Shown here: piece by piece, positions 22,610 to 31,670 of the stretch
How positions within the stretch are numbered: the stretch's first letter is position 1
Layout of the letters: each line of letters opens with the position of its first letter
From: a bacterium
GTDB lineage: Bacteria > Electryoneota > Electryoneia > Electryoneales > Electryoneaceae
Assembly (NCBI GenBank): GCA_963669175.1
Contig: OY769902.1
Span: 2,688,001 to 2,752,000 of the forward strand
Direction: 5' to 3'
Length of the DNA stretch: 64,000 nucleotides
Translations under genes and position numbers: made by a program
The notes under the pieces: generated by a model
Told to the model about the DNA's origin: nothing
The model's input: the letters and a program-made list of their open reading frames with translations, nothing else
Databases searched by the model: none

Positions 22610-22969
22610 TCACAAGGGATTATGCACCATGATTTCTTCTTTTTGCGTTCTAAGGATGTTGATTTCTTCTTCCGGAATCTTGCCGTAGGCGCGTTCCATC
22701 GCATCATTGAACATAGCTTCCAGGCTGTCAATTTCAAAAGCGATCTGATCCAGCTTGGCATTTGCGGGGCCGGATTCCATCATGCCATCGTCCAGCAGGC
22801 GCAATGTGTTGTTGGCTGAAGAGATTTTTTCACTCAGTTTGTTCGAGATTTTTTCCATCTCACGTTTTGGGCCGCCACAACCGACAGTAGCGAAAAGCAA
22901 TGCACTTGCAAGCAACGTAAATACTACCAGGCGATGGATGGCAGCAAATCTGGACAGCTTCGTCTTCAT
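22610..22969 (-). CDS. Small helical lipoprotein
   Basis: Signal peptide with TVGCGG lipobox; paralogous to the next gene; hairpin plus A-run terminator at about 22557-22585. Confidence 0.7.
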   Translation of the reverse strand: MKTKLSRFAAIHRLVVFTLLASALLFATVGCGGPKREMEKISNKLSEKISSANNTLRLLDDGMMESGPANAKLDQIAFEIDSLEAMFNDAMERAYGKIPEEEINILRTQKEEIMVHNPL

Positions 22970-23097
22970 CGTTCACTCTCTTTTCTTTGTTCTTTATCGC
23001 GTTACCGCGCGAAAACTACAAAATCACTTGTCAACATGCAATCGTAATTCGATGCTTCAGTATAATTTGTGAGATCGTGCTTTACTAATCAAACGAC

Positions 23098-23454
23098 TCA
23101 GACTCCGTTTAGTTTAGCCAGCGCCACTACAACTCGAAGCCCGTACTGCGCTTTTTTCTCGTCAGTCAGTTCACCTTCCAGCTCATCTGCCAGCGCGTTA
23201 AATCTCTTTTCCAGTTCAACAATTTCGTTGCTGATGGTTTCAATGTACCGATTGGCGTCTTCTTCGCCCAATTCTCCGGCTTCCGCCTGGCTTGCTATTT
23301 CGAGAATCTTGTCAACTTTCGCCTCGATCTGGCTAACGACTTCTTCCATTTCACTTTCTGCGCCGCCACAGCCGTTTACCAGCAGGGCAGCCAGGAAAAG
23401 GAAGCCGACCAGAGATGTAATGCATAAAAGATGTTTTTTGCTACTGCCACTCAT
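23098..23454 (-). CDS. Small helical lipoprotein (paralog)
   Basis: VNGCGG lipobox; RBS GGAGG before ATG at 23454. Confidence 0.7.
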   Translation of the reverse strand: MSGSSKKHLLCITSLVGFLFLAALLVNGCGGAESEMEEVVSQIEAKVDKILEIASQAEAGELGEEDANRYIETISNEIVELEKRFNALADELEGELTDEKKAQYGLRVVVALAKLNGV

Positions 23455-23712
23455 GCTTGCCTCCGTGCCATCTGATGCCAACGGGGATACGGCATCCTCT
23501 ATCAGGCGTAAGCTAAACCGAAGTCATAAAGCATGCAAGAGGAATAAGGGAGGTAAGACATATTGTACTGAAAAATAATAAATTCAATAGCATCAACAGG
23601 TAAGAGAAAATATGGAAATGTTATTTGCCCTGCTCGTTTTCCCTCCCGTTCGCCGGATTTGTTGCCTATTTTATTCAATTGATCCAGATTCTCGAAATTC
23701 ATGGAGGTCAGC

Positions 23713-26661
23713 ATGCTTCGTTCTCGCATCTTATTGCTTTGTATCCTGGTCGCTTTGTCCGCCAGTACTGTCTTGTTTGCGCAACCCGTTTCCGAAACGG
23801 GCGATCTGCCTGAAGAAGGCTGGCAGTTGGTAGAGCAGGGGACCACCTGGCTGGATCTTTTCCCGGGGGTTGCGAATCGTGCCAACCTTGATGAAACCGT
23901 AACTGAATTTGATCCGGGAACAGACCCCGAGGGTGATTTCATGGGGCAGGTGGCCTTTTCCACTGACGGCGCTCGTGTGCTCCTGACCAACAGGGTGACC
24001 AACAATATCAGCGTCTACAATGTCGAGAACATGGAATTGCTGGAAAACATCAGTGTAGGCAACTATCCCTGTTACATCGCCTGCACGGATGAGTATGCCA
24101 TTGTGCCGTGCGCTTTTGCTGATAGTGTCTGGATTATTGATCTGGATGATTATTCCACGGCTGCCATTATTCCTACGGGCGAACAACCCTGGATTGTCCA
24201 TGTCACGGATGACGGCGCCCGTGCGTTAGTCGCAACGGATATTGATAACACCCTGGAAGTGATTGACCTGGAAAACCTCACCTTGTTGAATACTATCGAG
24301 AATGTCCCGTTTTCGTTGATTTCCTATTCCTGGAATTCAGAGAGCGGCCGGAACATGATCAAATTCCTGGATTTCCTGTATGTCCCGGGCACAGAGCATG
24401 TGATGTTCTCCAACCGTGAGGAGGCGATCTGGATTTACGATTTTGAAGGTGGTGAGCTGGCGGACAGCATTACGGGACTGGCAAATATCCTGGCGATGGC
24501 TGTTTCCGGTGATGGCTCCACATTGATCGCTGCCAATAGCGAAAACAGCACGGCAACTGCGTATCAGATTGATCTTGAAACATATGCCATTACCGATTCC
24601 GCGGTTTGTACAGGGCATTCACTGTCCACCTACCAGATTGGTGTCAATGATGATGGCAGCAAGTGCTATCTCGGTGTCGGCGGCAATGTAAGCGCCATGA
24701 TTGACTTCACGGATAACGATATTACCTACTTCGATCAGACCTACACTGCGTTCTGGATCGGTGTAAATGCCGACCATAGCCATGTGGTCAGCGGTCAGTA
24801 CCGTTTTTCCATTCTTGACTTTGACACGGAAAGCATTCTGGGTTCCTACTGGGGCTATTCGCAGTGGACCGGAACTGTATCGCCTGTAGACGAGATTTGT
24901 GTAGGGCTTTCACCGTTGACCGATGAAGTCATGTATGTCTACGACTTCACCAACCCGGCGTCCATCACCTTCGATAACAGCCTGGTTGCCGGGGAGAACC
25001 CGGAAGCTGATGGTCCGCGTCGTGTGGCGATCACATCAGATGGTTCCCTCGCAGTGGCAACTCATGTGATCAGCGATAACGCTACCATCATTGACCTGGA
25101 AACGATGGAGACACTTGTTACACTCTATATCGGCGACCGTGTGCAGGATGTCGCGATTACGCCCGATGACGCCTACGCGGTGATCTGCGGATTCAACAGC
25201 AACAACGCGCATATCATTGATCTGGATTTGTTGATGCAGGTGACCACAGTTCCCTGCGGCCAACGCCCCATGTGTATCGCCATGGACCCGGACGGTGAAT
25301 ACGCTTACATCTCCAACGTATCAGACAACACGATCACATTCATCGCGCTGGATGGCGCGAACAGTTCGGCAGTTGGAACAGTTGCCTGTGGTACGATCGG
25401 CGTGAACTGGTCCAGCTATGGCGTAGGTAGCCAGATAGCCGTAACCCCTGATGGCGAATACCTGCTGGTTTGTGCATCATTTGATGACGTGCTTAAAGTG
25501 ATCGATACAGATACTCGTACAGTAGTGGCGACGGTTCCGACTGGTGATTTTCCACTGCAGGTGGCGATTAATGATGCCAGTACACGTGCGGTTGTAACCA
25601 ACAACAACGACTACACCTATTCCTATATCGAGCTGGATGGTGCGAGCAGCAACACGATTGGAACATATGGTGTGGGGGCGCATCCGCTTCGGGTAGCGTA
25701 TGACGGTTTCAATGAGCGTTTCCTGATTGGCGACATTTCCAACGCCAACCTGTACTATGTGGATGAAGAATCGGGCGCTGTTTCCGGTTCGGACAGTTAC
25801 GCGGCCTATGGCGCTATCACCGGGGTTGCGGTAGATGATTTCGGTGATGCGGTTGTGATGACGGCTGCCAATGGCGACATCCCCGGCATGGTACACAAAG
25901 GTGATGTCCATAGTGAGTACCCGGGATCGGCCGCTATGCTGGCTTATCAACCGGATGCGGATATTGCAGCGGTTCCTGTGCCCGGTCCGGACTGGATCAC
26001 CTTTGTCCAGTATGACGCGGTCAACCACCCGCCGTCCCATTTCGCATTGCTGGAACCGGAAGATTTTGATACGGTTACTGTGGATATGGAAACGCTGAAC
26101 TTCTACTGGGAGGAATCAGTCGATCTCGATCCCGGTGATGAGGTTCATTATACCTTTGAAGTTGACCCTGTAAATGCCGGCAGCACTCTTGTCGTTGAAG
26201 ACTTGACCGATACGACTTACATGATGGACCCCTACGTGCTGGAGGGCCTGGTTGATAATCCGAATATCTTCCAGCCTTTCTGGTGGCGAGTCCTGGCGAT
26301 TAGTGGGGAGGATACTGTTGAATGTGATGAGCGCTTCGGCTTGTTGCTGGAGCCGCCAATATGGGTTGATGACGATGCAGAAGCGGCGTTACCGACAGTC
26401 GCATCCATCACCGATGCCTATCCGAACCCGTTCAACTCCACGGTCACCATTCGTTTCGGACTCCCGTCAGCGGGTACAGTAAAGATGACGGTGTTCGATG
26501 TGTTGGGACGTGAAGTAACTTCACTGCTGAACCAGAGTGTCAGTGCGGGACATCATATCCTTAGCTGGGAAGCGGGTGCGACGCTGCCGAGCGGGATGTA
26601 CTGGATCAGGCTTGAAGCGGGCACCGAAACCAGCTTACGGCGAGTTACTCTGATAAAGTAG
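23713..26661 (+). CDS. Secreted YVTN-type beta-propeller repeat protein with C-terminal sorting (T9SS-A/FlgD-like) domain
   Basis: Signal peptide; repeated 'V..I.VG..P..IA.T.DG' units; C-terminal YPNPFNSTVTIRF...FDVLGREV...LPSGMYWIRL. Confidence 0.85.
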   Translation: MLRSRILLLCILVALSASTVLFAQPVSETGDLPEEGWQLVEQGTTWLDLFPGVANRANLDETVTEFDPGTDPEGDFMGQVAFSTDGARVLLTNRVTNNISVYNVENMELLENISVGNYPCYIACTDEYAIVPCAFADSVWIIDLDDYSTAAIIPTGEQPWIVHVTDDGARALVATDIDNTLEVIDLENLTLLNTIENVPFSLISYSWNSESGRNMIKFLDFLYVPGTEHVMFSNREEAIWIYDFEGGELADSITGLANILAMAVSGDGSTLIAANSENSTATAYQIDLETYAITDSAVCTGHSLSTYQIGVNDDGSKCYLGVGGNVSAMIDFTDNDITYFDQTYTAFWIGVNADHSHVVSGQYRFSILDFDTESILGSYWGYSQWTGTVSPVDEICVGLSPLTDEVMYVYDFTNPASITFDNSLVAGENPEADGPRRVAITSDGSLAVATHVISDNATIIDLETMETLVTLYIGDRVQDVAITPDDAYAVICGFNSNNAHIIDLDLLMQVTTVPCGQRPMCIAMDPDGEYAYISNVSDNTITFIALDGANSSAVGTVACGTIGVNWSSYGVGSQIAVTPDGEYLLVCASFDDVLKVIDTDTRTVVATVPTGDFPLQVAINDASTRAVVTNNNDYTYSYIELDGASSNTIGTYGVGAHPLRVAYDGFNERFLIGDISNANLYYVDEESGAVSGSDSYAAYGAITGVAVDDFGDAVVMTAANGDIPGMVHKGDVHSEYPGSAAMLAYQPDADIAAVPVPGPDWITFVQYDAVNHPPSHFALLEPEDFDTVTVDMETLNFYWEESVDLDPGDEVHYTFEVDPVNAGSTLVVEDLTDTTYMMDPYVLEGLVDNPNIFQPFWWRVLAISGEDTVECDERFGLLLEPPIWVDDDAEAALPTVASITDAYPNPFNSTVTIRFGLPSAGTVKMTVFDVLGREVTSLLNQSVSAGHHILSWEAGATLPSGMYWIRLEAGTETSLRRVTLIK

Positions 26662-26677
26662 CAAGATACTCAAGAAG

Positions 26678-26722
26678 ATTTACAGGATGAACAGGATGTG
26701 AAGGATTAACAGGATAAAGATA
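26678..26722. repeat. AGGAT tract (inverted ATCCT family), 9-bp period
   Basis: AGGAT at 26684, 26693, 26702 and 26711. Confidence 0.75.
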
Positions 26723-26760
26723 TTTTAAGTTGTTTAAGAGATTGACTATGGGAGATTAAC

Positions 26761-27033
26761 ATGCCAAGTATAGCTATTGAGTTCTCGAGATTTTTGGAAG
26801 AAGCGAGGAATATGAGTTTGCGTGAAGTAATTTATAATGCACAAAGGATTGGTATGCGTATGGAACAAGAAAGATATGATGATGCTTTAAATATGCAAAG
26901 ATTGAAAGAATTTACATTTTCATTGAGAAATAATTTAGAAGGATCAAAAATCTGTTCCTTATATAAACCTATTGTTGATTCGTTAATTGGTCGAGGTGAG
27001 CTTCAAGATACTGGTTTTACATATTACTCATAA
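26761..27033 (+). CDS. AT-rich orphan protein (90 aa)
   Basis: GGGAG RBS, ATG start, clean ORF in a low-GC patch; no motif recognised. Confidence 0.6.
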   Translation: MPSIAIEFSRFLEEARNMSLREVIYNAQRIGMRMEQERYDDALNMQRLKEFTFSLRNNLEGSKICSLYKPIVDSLIGRGELQDTGFTYYS

Positions 27034-27037
27034 TACC

Positions 27038-27130
27038 TTTTATCCTTATCATACTTAATATCCTTGGCATCCTGTATATTGAGTCATTATCCTGTGAATC
27101 CTGGAGAAATCCTGTATATCTTGTGAATCC
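27038..27130. repeat. ATCCT tract (two blocks)
   Basis: Units at 27042, 27051, 27060, 27069 and at 27089, 27098, 27109, 27118, 27127. Confidence 0.75.
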
Positions 27131-27149
27131 AACAAGTGAGGAGAGTGTA

Positions 27150-29774
27150 GTGGCGACCCCCATGATGCAGCAGTACCGTCAAATCAAGAAGCAGTACCCG
27201 GAAGATGTGATTTTCTTCCGCATGGGGGATTTCTTCGAGATGTTCCACGAGGACGCCAAAACCGCCCACAAAGTCCTCGGCATCACTCTGACTCGTCGCA
27301 ATCACGGCAAGGGTGAAGATGCCGGCACTCCTCTCGCTGGCTTCCCCCATCATCAGCTCGAGACGTACCTCGCCAAGATGACCCGCGCGGGCTATCGTGT
27401 CGTGGTCGTGGAGCAGGTGGAAGACCCGAAGAAGGCCAAGGGACTGGTCAAACGTGATATTGTCCAGATCGTCACTGCAGGCACAAACTTTTGCGAACAG
27501 GCCCTGGATTCAGGAAAAAACCAGTTCCTCGCTGGAGTGGTGAAGCTGGAAAAGAAGGCCGGGATCGCATTCTGTGACGCTACGACCGGCGAGTTCACCG
27601 CGGCTTCGGTGCCGTTTGACCAGGTGCGTGACCTGCTGGACCTGGTGTATCCGGCGGAAGTGATCATGCCCGATGATCAACGCGATGACTTCAAAGAGCT
27701 GTTGCCCACCGGGGTGATGCGGACCCTGCTGCCGCCGTGGATTTTCGAGACTCAATTCGCACGCGACACCCTGATCGAACATTTCAAGGTGAGAAGTCTG
27801 AAAGGATTCGGGGTGGAGGACGACCTGGCGGCTATCGGCGCGGCGGGTTCGGTGATGCATTATGTGCGTGAGAACCTGCGTGTCGACCCAGAACATATCA
27901 AGGGGCTGTCACGTCTGCCGCTCGACGATGTCATGCTGTTGGATGCTTCCACACGCCGCAATCTGGAGCTGGTAGAGCCATTGTGGGGATCGGACCGCAC
28001 CAGCACACTGCTTTTCCATATCGACCGCACTGTTACCCCGTTCGGACGCCGTCAGTTTATCCTGAACCTGTTGCGTCCTTTACTGGACAAAGCATCCATT
28101 GAAAGACGTCATGACGCGGTTGAAGACCTGGTCGAGAATACCGAATTCCGGCGTGGACTGCGGGAACGATTCCGTGAGTTGGCGGATTTGGAACGTCTTG
28201 TCGGTCGTATTGCTGCCATGCGCGCCAATCCACGTGACTTGGCGGCGTTGCGAGAAACTCTGCTGGCCATTCCGGGTATTCGTGACCACGTTCAACGAAA
28301 CGCCCAGGCTGACGCGCTATCCCAGGCGGCTACGGCGCTCGATACGCTGGATGAGTTGGTTGACCTGTTGAGCAGGGCGGTTGCGGATGAACCTCCGGCC
28401 ATGCTGGCCAAGGGCGGAGCGATTCGACAAGGCTACCATGAAGAACTGGATGAGCTTCGTCGGGTGGCGCGTGGCGGGAAAGAGTATATCCTGTCACGGC
28501 AGCAGGAGGAACGCGAAGCTACCGGTATCAACAGCCTGAGTATCAAGTACAACAAGGTGTTCGGATACTATATCGAGGTATCGAAGGCAAACCTGGACAA
28601 GGTGCCGGAACACTATATCCGAAAGCAGACGCTTGTCAATGCCGAACGCTTTATCACGCCTGACCTGAAGGAATGGGAAGACAAGATTCTGACCGCCGAA
28701 GAACGTATGCTGGTGCTGGAGAAGGAGCTGTTCGACCAGCTATGCATGGACATCACCCACTATGCGGGCAAGATCCAGTTCAACGCTCGTGTGCTGGCCC
28801 TTCTGGATTTCCTGGCAGCGGCGGCAGAGATCGCGGTTGAGAAACGGTACACTCGTCCGGTGATCCGTGAGGACAGCCGTCTCCTGCTGGTGAAGAGCCG
28901 TCATCCGGTGGTCGAGAACCTGCTCCCGGTCGGGGATTCGTTTGTCGCCAATGATCTGGATATCGACAGTGACAAACGCTCTATCGCACTGGTGACCGGG
29001 CCGAACATGGGCGGGAAATCGACATACCTGCGTCAAGTTGGCTTGATTATCCTGATGGCGCAGGCCGGGCTGTTTGTCCCGGCGGAACGTGCCGAGATCC
29101 CGATCACCGACCGGATTTTCACCCGTGTGGGCGCGTCGGATAACCTCGCCGCGGGGGAGAGTACCTTCCTGGTCGAGATGCACGAAGCAGCCAATATCCT
29201 GCACAACGCGACCGGCAAAAGCCTGATTCTGCTGGACGAGATTGGACGTGGAACCAGCACCTTCGATGGCCTGTCACTGGCCTGGTCGATTGTGGAATAC
29301 CTGCATGATTACCCCGGCGGCGCCAAGCCGAAAACCCTGTTTGCGACCCATTACCACGAACTGACCGAGCTGGAACACAAACTGGACCGTGTCTTTAACC
29401 TGCATGTGCAGGTGAAGGAATGGGGCGACCGTGTCATCTTCCTGCGCAAAATCGCAGCCGGGGTGAGCGGAGCCAGCTACGGTATCCAGGTAGCTCGCCT
29501 CGCCGGACTGCCGCAGAAGGTGATTGACCGTGCCAAGGAAGTCCTCGCCGCACTGGAAGCGAGTGACATCACACCGAACAACCTGCCACACAAGGGACGC
29601 CGTCCGCAAACCGACGCTGTCCCTTCCAACGATGATCCCCTGCAACTGACCCTGTTCACGAAAGAAGAACGCGCCCTGCGTGACGAGATCGCCAAGGCCG
29701 ACCTGGATAACATGACGCCCCTCGAAGCGCTGAGGTTCCTCGCAGATTTGAAAGGGAAGTATGGGGGAGGGTGA
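27150..29774 (+). CDS. mutS: DNA mismatch repair protein MutS
   Basis: TPMMQQY, FRMGDFFEMF, TGPNMGGKSTYLRQ, DEIGRGTST, FATHYHEL, clamp motif QLTLF; GTG at 27150 after GAGGAG. Confidence 0.98.
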   Translation: MATPMMQQYRQIKKQYPEDVIFFRMGDFFEMFHEDAKTAHKVLGITLTRRNHGKGEDAGTPLAGFPHHQLETYLAKMTRAGYRVVVVEQVEDPKKAKGLVKRDIVQIVTAGTNFCEQALDSGKNQFLAGVVKLEKKAGIAFCDATTGEFTAASVPFDQVRDLLDLVYPAEVIMPDDQRDDFKELLPTGVMRTLLPPWIFETQFARDTLIEHFKVRSLKGFGVEDDLAAIGAAGSVMHYVRENLRVDPEHIKGLSRLPLDDVMLLDASTRRNLELVEPLWGSDRTSTLLFHIDRTVTPFGRRQFILNLLRPLLDKASIERRHDAVEDLVENTEFRRGLRERFRELADLERLVGRIAAMRANPRDLAALRETLLAIPGIRDHVQRNAQADALSQAATALDTLDELVDLLSRAVADEPPAMLAKGGAIRQGYHEELDELRRVARGGKEYILSRQQEEREATGINSLSIKYNKVFGYYIEVSKANLDKVPEHYIRKQTLVNAERFITPDLKEWEDKILTAEERMLVLEKELFDQLCMDITHYAGKIQFNARVLALLDFLAAAAEIAVEKRYTRPVIREDSRLLLVKSRHPVVENLLPVGDSFVANDLDIDSDKRSIALVTGPNMGGKSTYLRQVGLIILMAQAGLFVPAERAEIPITDRIFTRVGASDNLAAGESTFLVEMHEAANILHNATGKSLILLDEIGRGTSTFDGLSLAWSIVEYLHDYPGGAKPKTLFATHYHELTELEHKLDRVFNLHVQVKEWGDRVIFLRKIAAGVSGASYGIQVARLAGLPQKVIDRAKEVLAALEASDITPNNLPHKGRRPQTDAVPSNDDPLQLTLFTKEERALRDEIAKADLDNMTPLEALRFLADLKGKYGGG

Positions 29775-29824
29775 AGCGTTTCATGATATTGGCATTGTCT
29801 TCCACGCCATGCTTGTCTCTACAA

Positions 29825-29952
29825 GTCATTCCCGACCTATATGTCATCCTCGACCACCCTGTCATCCCCGGCCCTCCACTATGTCATCCTCGACCACCCT
29901 GTCATCCCCGGCCCTCCACTATGTCATCCCCGGCTTGAACGGGGATCTCGAG
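29825..29952 (+). repeat. Left TGTCATCC repeat arm flanking the GIY-YIG gene
   Basis: Exact 40-bp duplication (29841-29880 = 29881-29920), then the full palindrome TGTCATCCCCGGCTTGAACGGGGATCTCGAG. Confidence 0.9.
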
Positions 29953-29994
29953 CGATGTCGAGCAAAGACCTAATCAACAGAAAGGGAATTTGTT

Positions 29995-30276
29995 ATGTAT
30001 TACGTTTACATCCTGACCAATGACCGGCATACGGTTTTCTATACAGGGATCACTAATGATATTGTCAGACGTGTGCATGAGCACAAAGAGAAAATGATTG
30101 AGGGGTTTACGAAGCAGTACAATGTATCCAAGCTAGTCTATTTCGAAGAACATCACAGAGTTGATGATGCCATCCGCAGGGAAAAGAGACTCAAGAAATG
30201 GGACAGGGCGTGGAAAATAGAATTGATTGAAAAGGATAATCCGGAATGGAGCGATTTGTATGATATGTTCTTTTGA
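29995..30276 (+). CDS. Stand-alone GIY-YIG nuclease family protein
   Basis: YVYIL...YTGIT..RR..EH..GFT.Y....LVYFE....AI.REK.LK.W.R.WKI.LIE..NP.W.DL; the expected catalytic Tyr, Arg and Glu are present. Confidence 0.92.
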   Translation: MYYVYILTNDRHTVFYTGITNDIVRRVHEHKEKMIEGFTKQYNVSKLVYFEEHHRVDDAIRREKRLKKWDRAWKIELIEKDNPEWSDLYDMFF

Positions 30277-30284
30277 CATCCTCA

Positions 30285-30962
30285 CACCGGTCTCGAGATC
30301 CCCGTTCGAGCCGGGGATGACATAGCGGAGGACTGGGGATGACATGTCGTTAGGATTGGCGCACCGGTCTCGAGATCCCCGTTCGAGCCGGGGATGACAT
30401 AGCGGAGGACTGGGGATGACATGTCGTTAGGATTGGCGCACCGGTCTCGAGATCCCCGTTCGAGCCGGGGATGACATAGGGGAGGGCCGGGGATGACATA
30501 GTGTCGGGTATTGGCGCACCGGTCTCGAGATCCCCGTTCGAGCCGGGGATGACATAGTGTCGGGTATTGGCGCACCGGTCTCGAGATCCCCGTTCGAGCC
30601 GGGGATGACATAGCGGAGGACTGGGGATGACATGTCGTTAGGATTGGCGCACCGGTCTCGAGATCCCCGTTCGAGCCGGGGATGACATAGGGGAGGGCCG
30701 GGGATGACATAGTGTCGGGTATTGGCGCACCGGTCTCGAGATCCCCGTTCGAGCCGGGGATGACATAGTGTCGGGTATTGGCGCACCGGTCTCGAGATCC
30801 CCGTTCGAGCCGGGGATGACAATCTATATGAGGATGACAAGCTATATGGGGATGACTGGTTATATGAGGATGACATGCTATATGGGGATGACATGTGTAA
30901 AAAGGATGACATGTAGACCGGGGATGACAGTGGGGTTGAGGGTGACATGGAGTGCGGGAATG
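30285..30962 (-). repeat. Right repeat arm: 8 x 38-bp palindromic core plus 18-bp GGATGAC stubs
   Basis: CACCGGTCTCGAGATCCCCGTTCGAGCCGGGGATGACA at 30285, 30362, 30439, 30517, 30573, 30650, 30728 and 30784, then about 8 decaying 18-bp units. Confidence 0.95.
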
Positions 30963-31178
30963 GAAAGAAGCCTCTTAGCGTTAAAAGCAATTCCTTTTCA
31001 TTCCTGCAATTAGTACTCATTGTGCGTACAATAATAAAGGTGTTCCGGGAGGGGTGACTGGGATAATTATCACAAGGATCCTTACCGGGAATTTCCCACC
31101 AGCACCTGGAGCCGGGTGAGTAAGTGGTTCGATCCATCATGCCTGATGCAATGGATCATTAGCAAGGGAGGAGTGGCT

Positions 31179-31655
31179 ATGCAGGTACATCGTCAACACA
31201 AGAACGTGCTCCTGGGACTGCTGCTATTCTGTTTGTTGCCCATCGTGTCTTTCGCGAATGTCCTGACCGTGGATGAGGTCATGGCGGGTGATTTCCTCCG
31301 TTTCGGTGACTGGAAAACTCATATCACCGGAATAACAGCGCCGGCCCCTGATACGGAATGGGGCAAGGTTGCGCTTGATTTTGCCATCGAGACGCTTCAA
31401 GGCAAGGCAGTGAAAGTCTTTACCCTGACCACCAACAACACCGCTGCCGGGATCGTATACGGGGAAGATGGGAATGCCTTCGCTACGATCCTCTGTGGTG
31501 AGAACCGTGACCAGGATTTCGCCGTTCTGTTACTGGAACGTGGGCTGGCCAAAGTGAACACCGAAACCCTGCAGGAGGACCAGCAGAATTACCTCGAGGT
31601 CGAGAAAAAAGCCCGAGATAAGAAACTCGGGTTATGGTCCGACGAAACAGAATAA
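31179..31655 (+). CDS. Secreted thermonuclease (SNase)-fold protein, catalytic residues degenerate
   Basis: Signal peptide; GITAP, LLERGLA and E.KAR.KKLGLWS match the SNase pattern; RBS GGGAGGAG. Confidence 0.75.
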   Translation: MQVHRQHKNVLLGLLLFCLLPIVSFANVLTVDEVMAGDFLRFGDWKTHITGITAPAPDTEWGKVALDFAIETLQGKAVKVFTLTTNNTAAGIVYGEDGNAFATILCGENRDQDFAVLLLERGLAKVNTETLQEDQQNYLEVEKKARDKKLGLWSDETE

Positions 31656-31670
31656 AATTCCGATCCAATT

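Noticed and set aside
30285-30821. CRISPR array
   Set aside because: Linkers are reused (three types), vary from 18 to 40 bp and contain repeat fragments. There are no cas genes or leader, and an inverted copy lies on the other side of the gene.
30282-31140. Repetitive ORFs (CHPRLERGS / YVIPGSNGDL)
   Set aside because: These are translations of the DNA repeat in several frames, with no RBS support.
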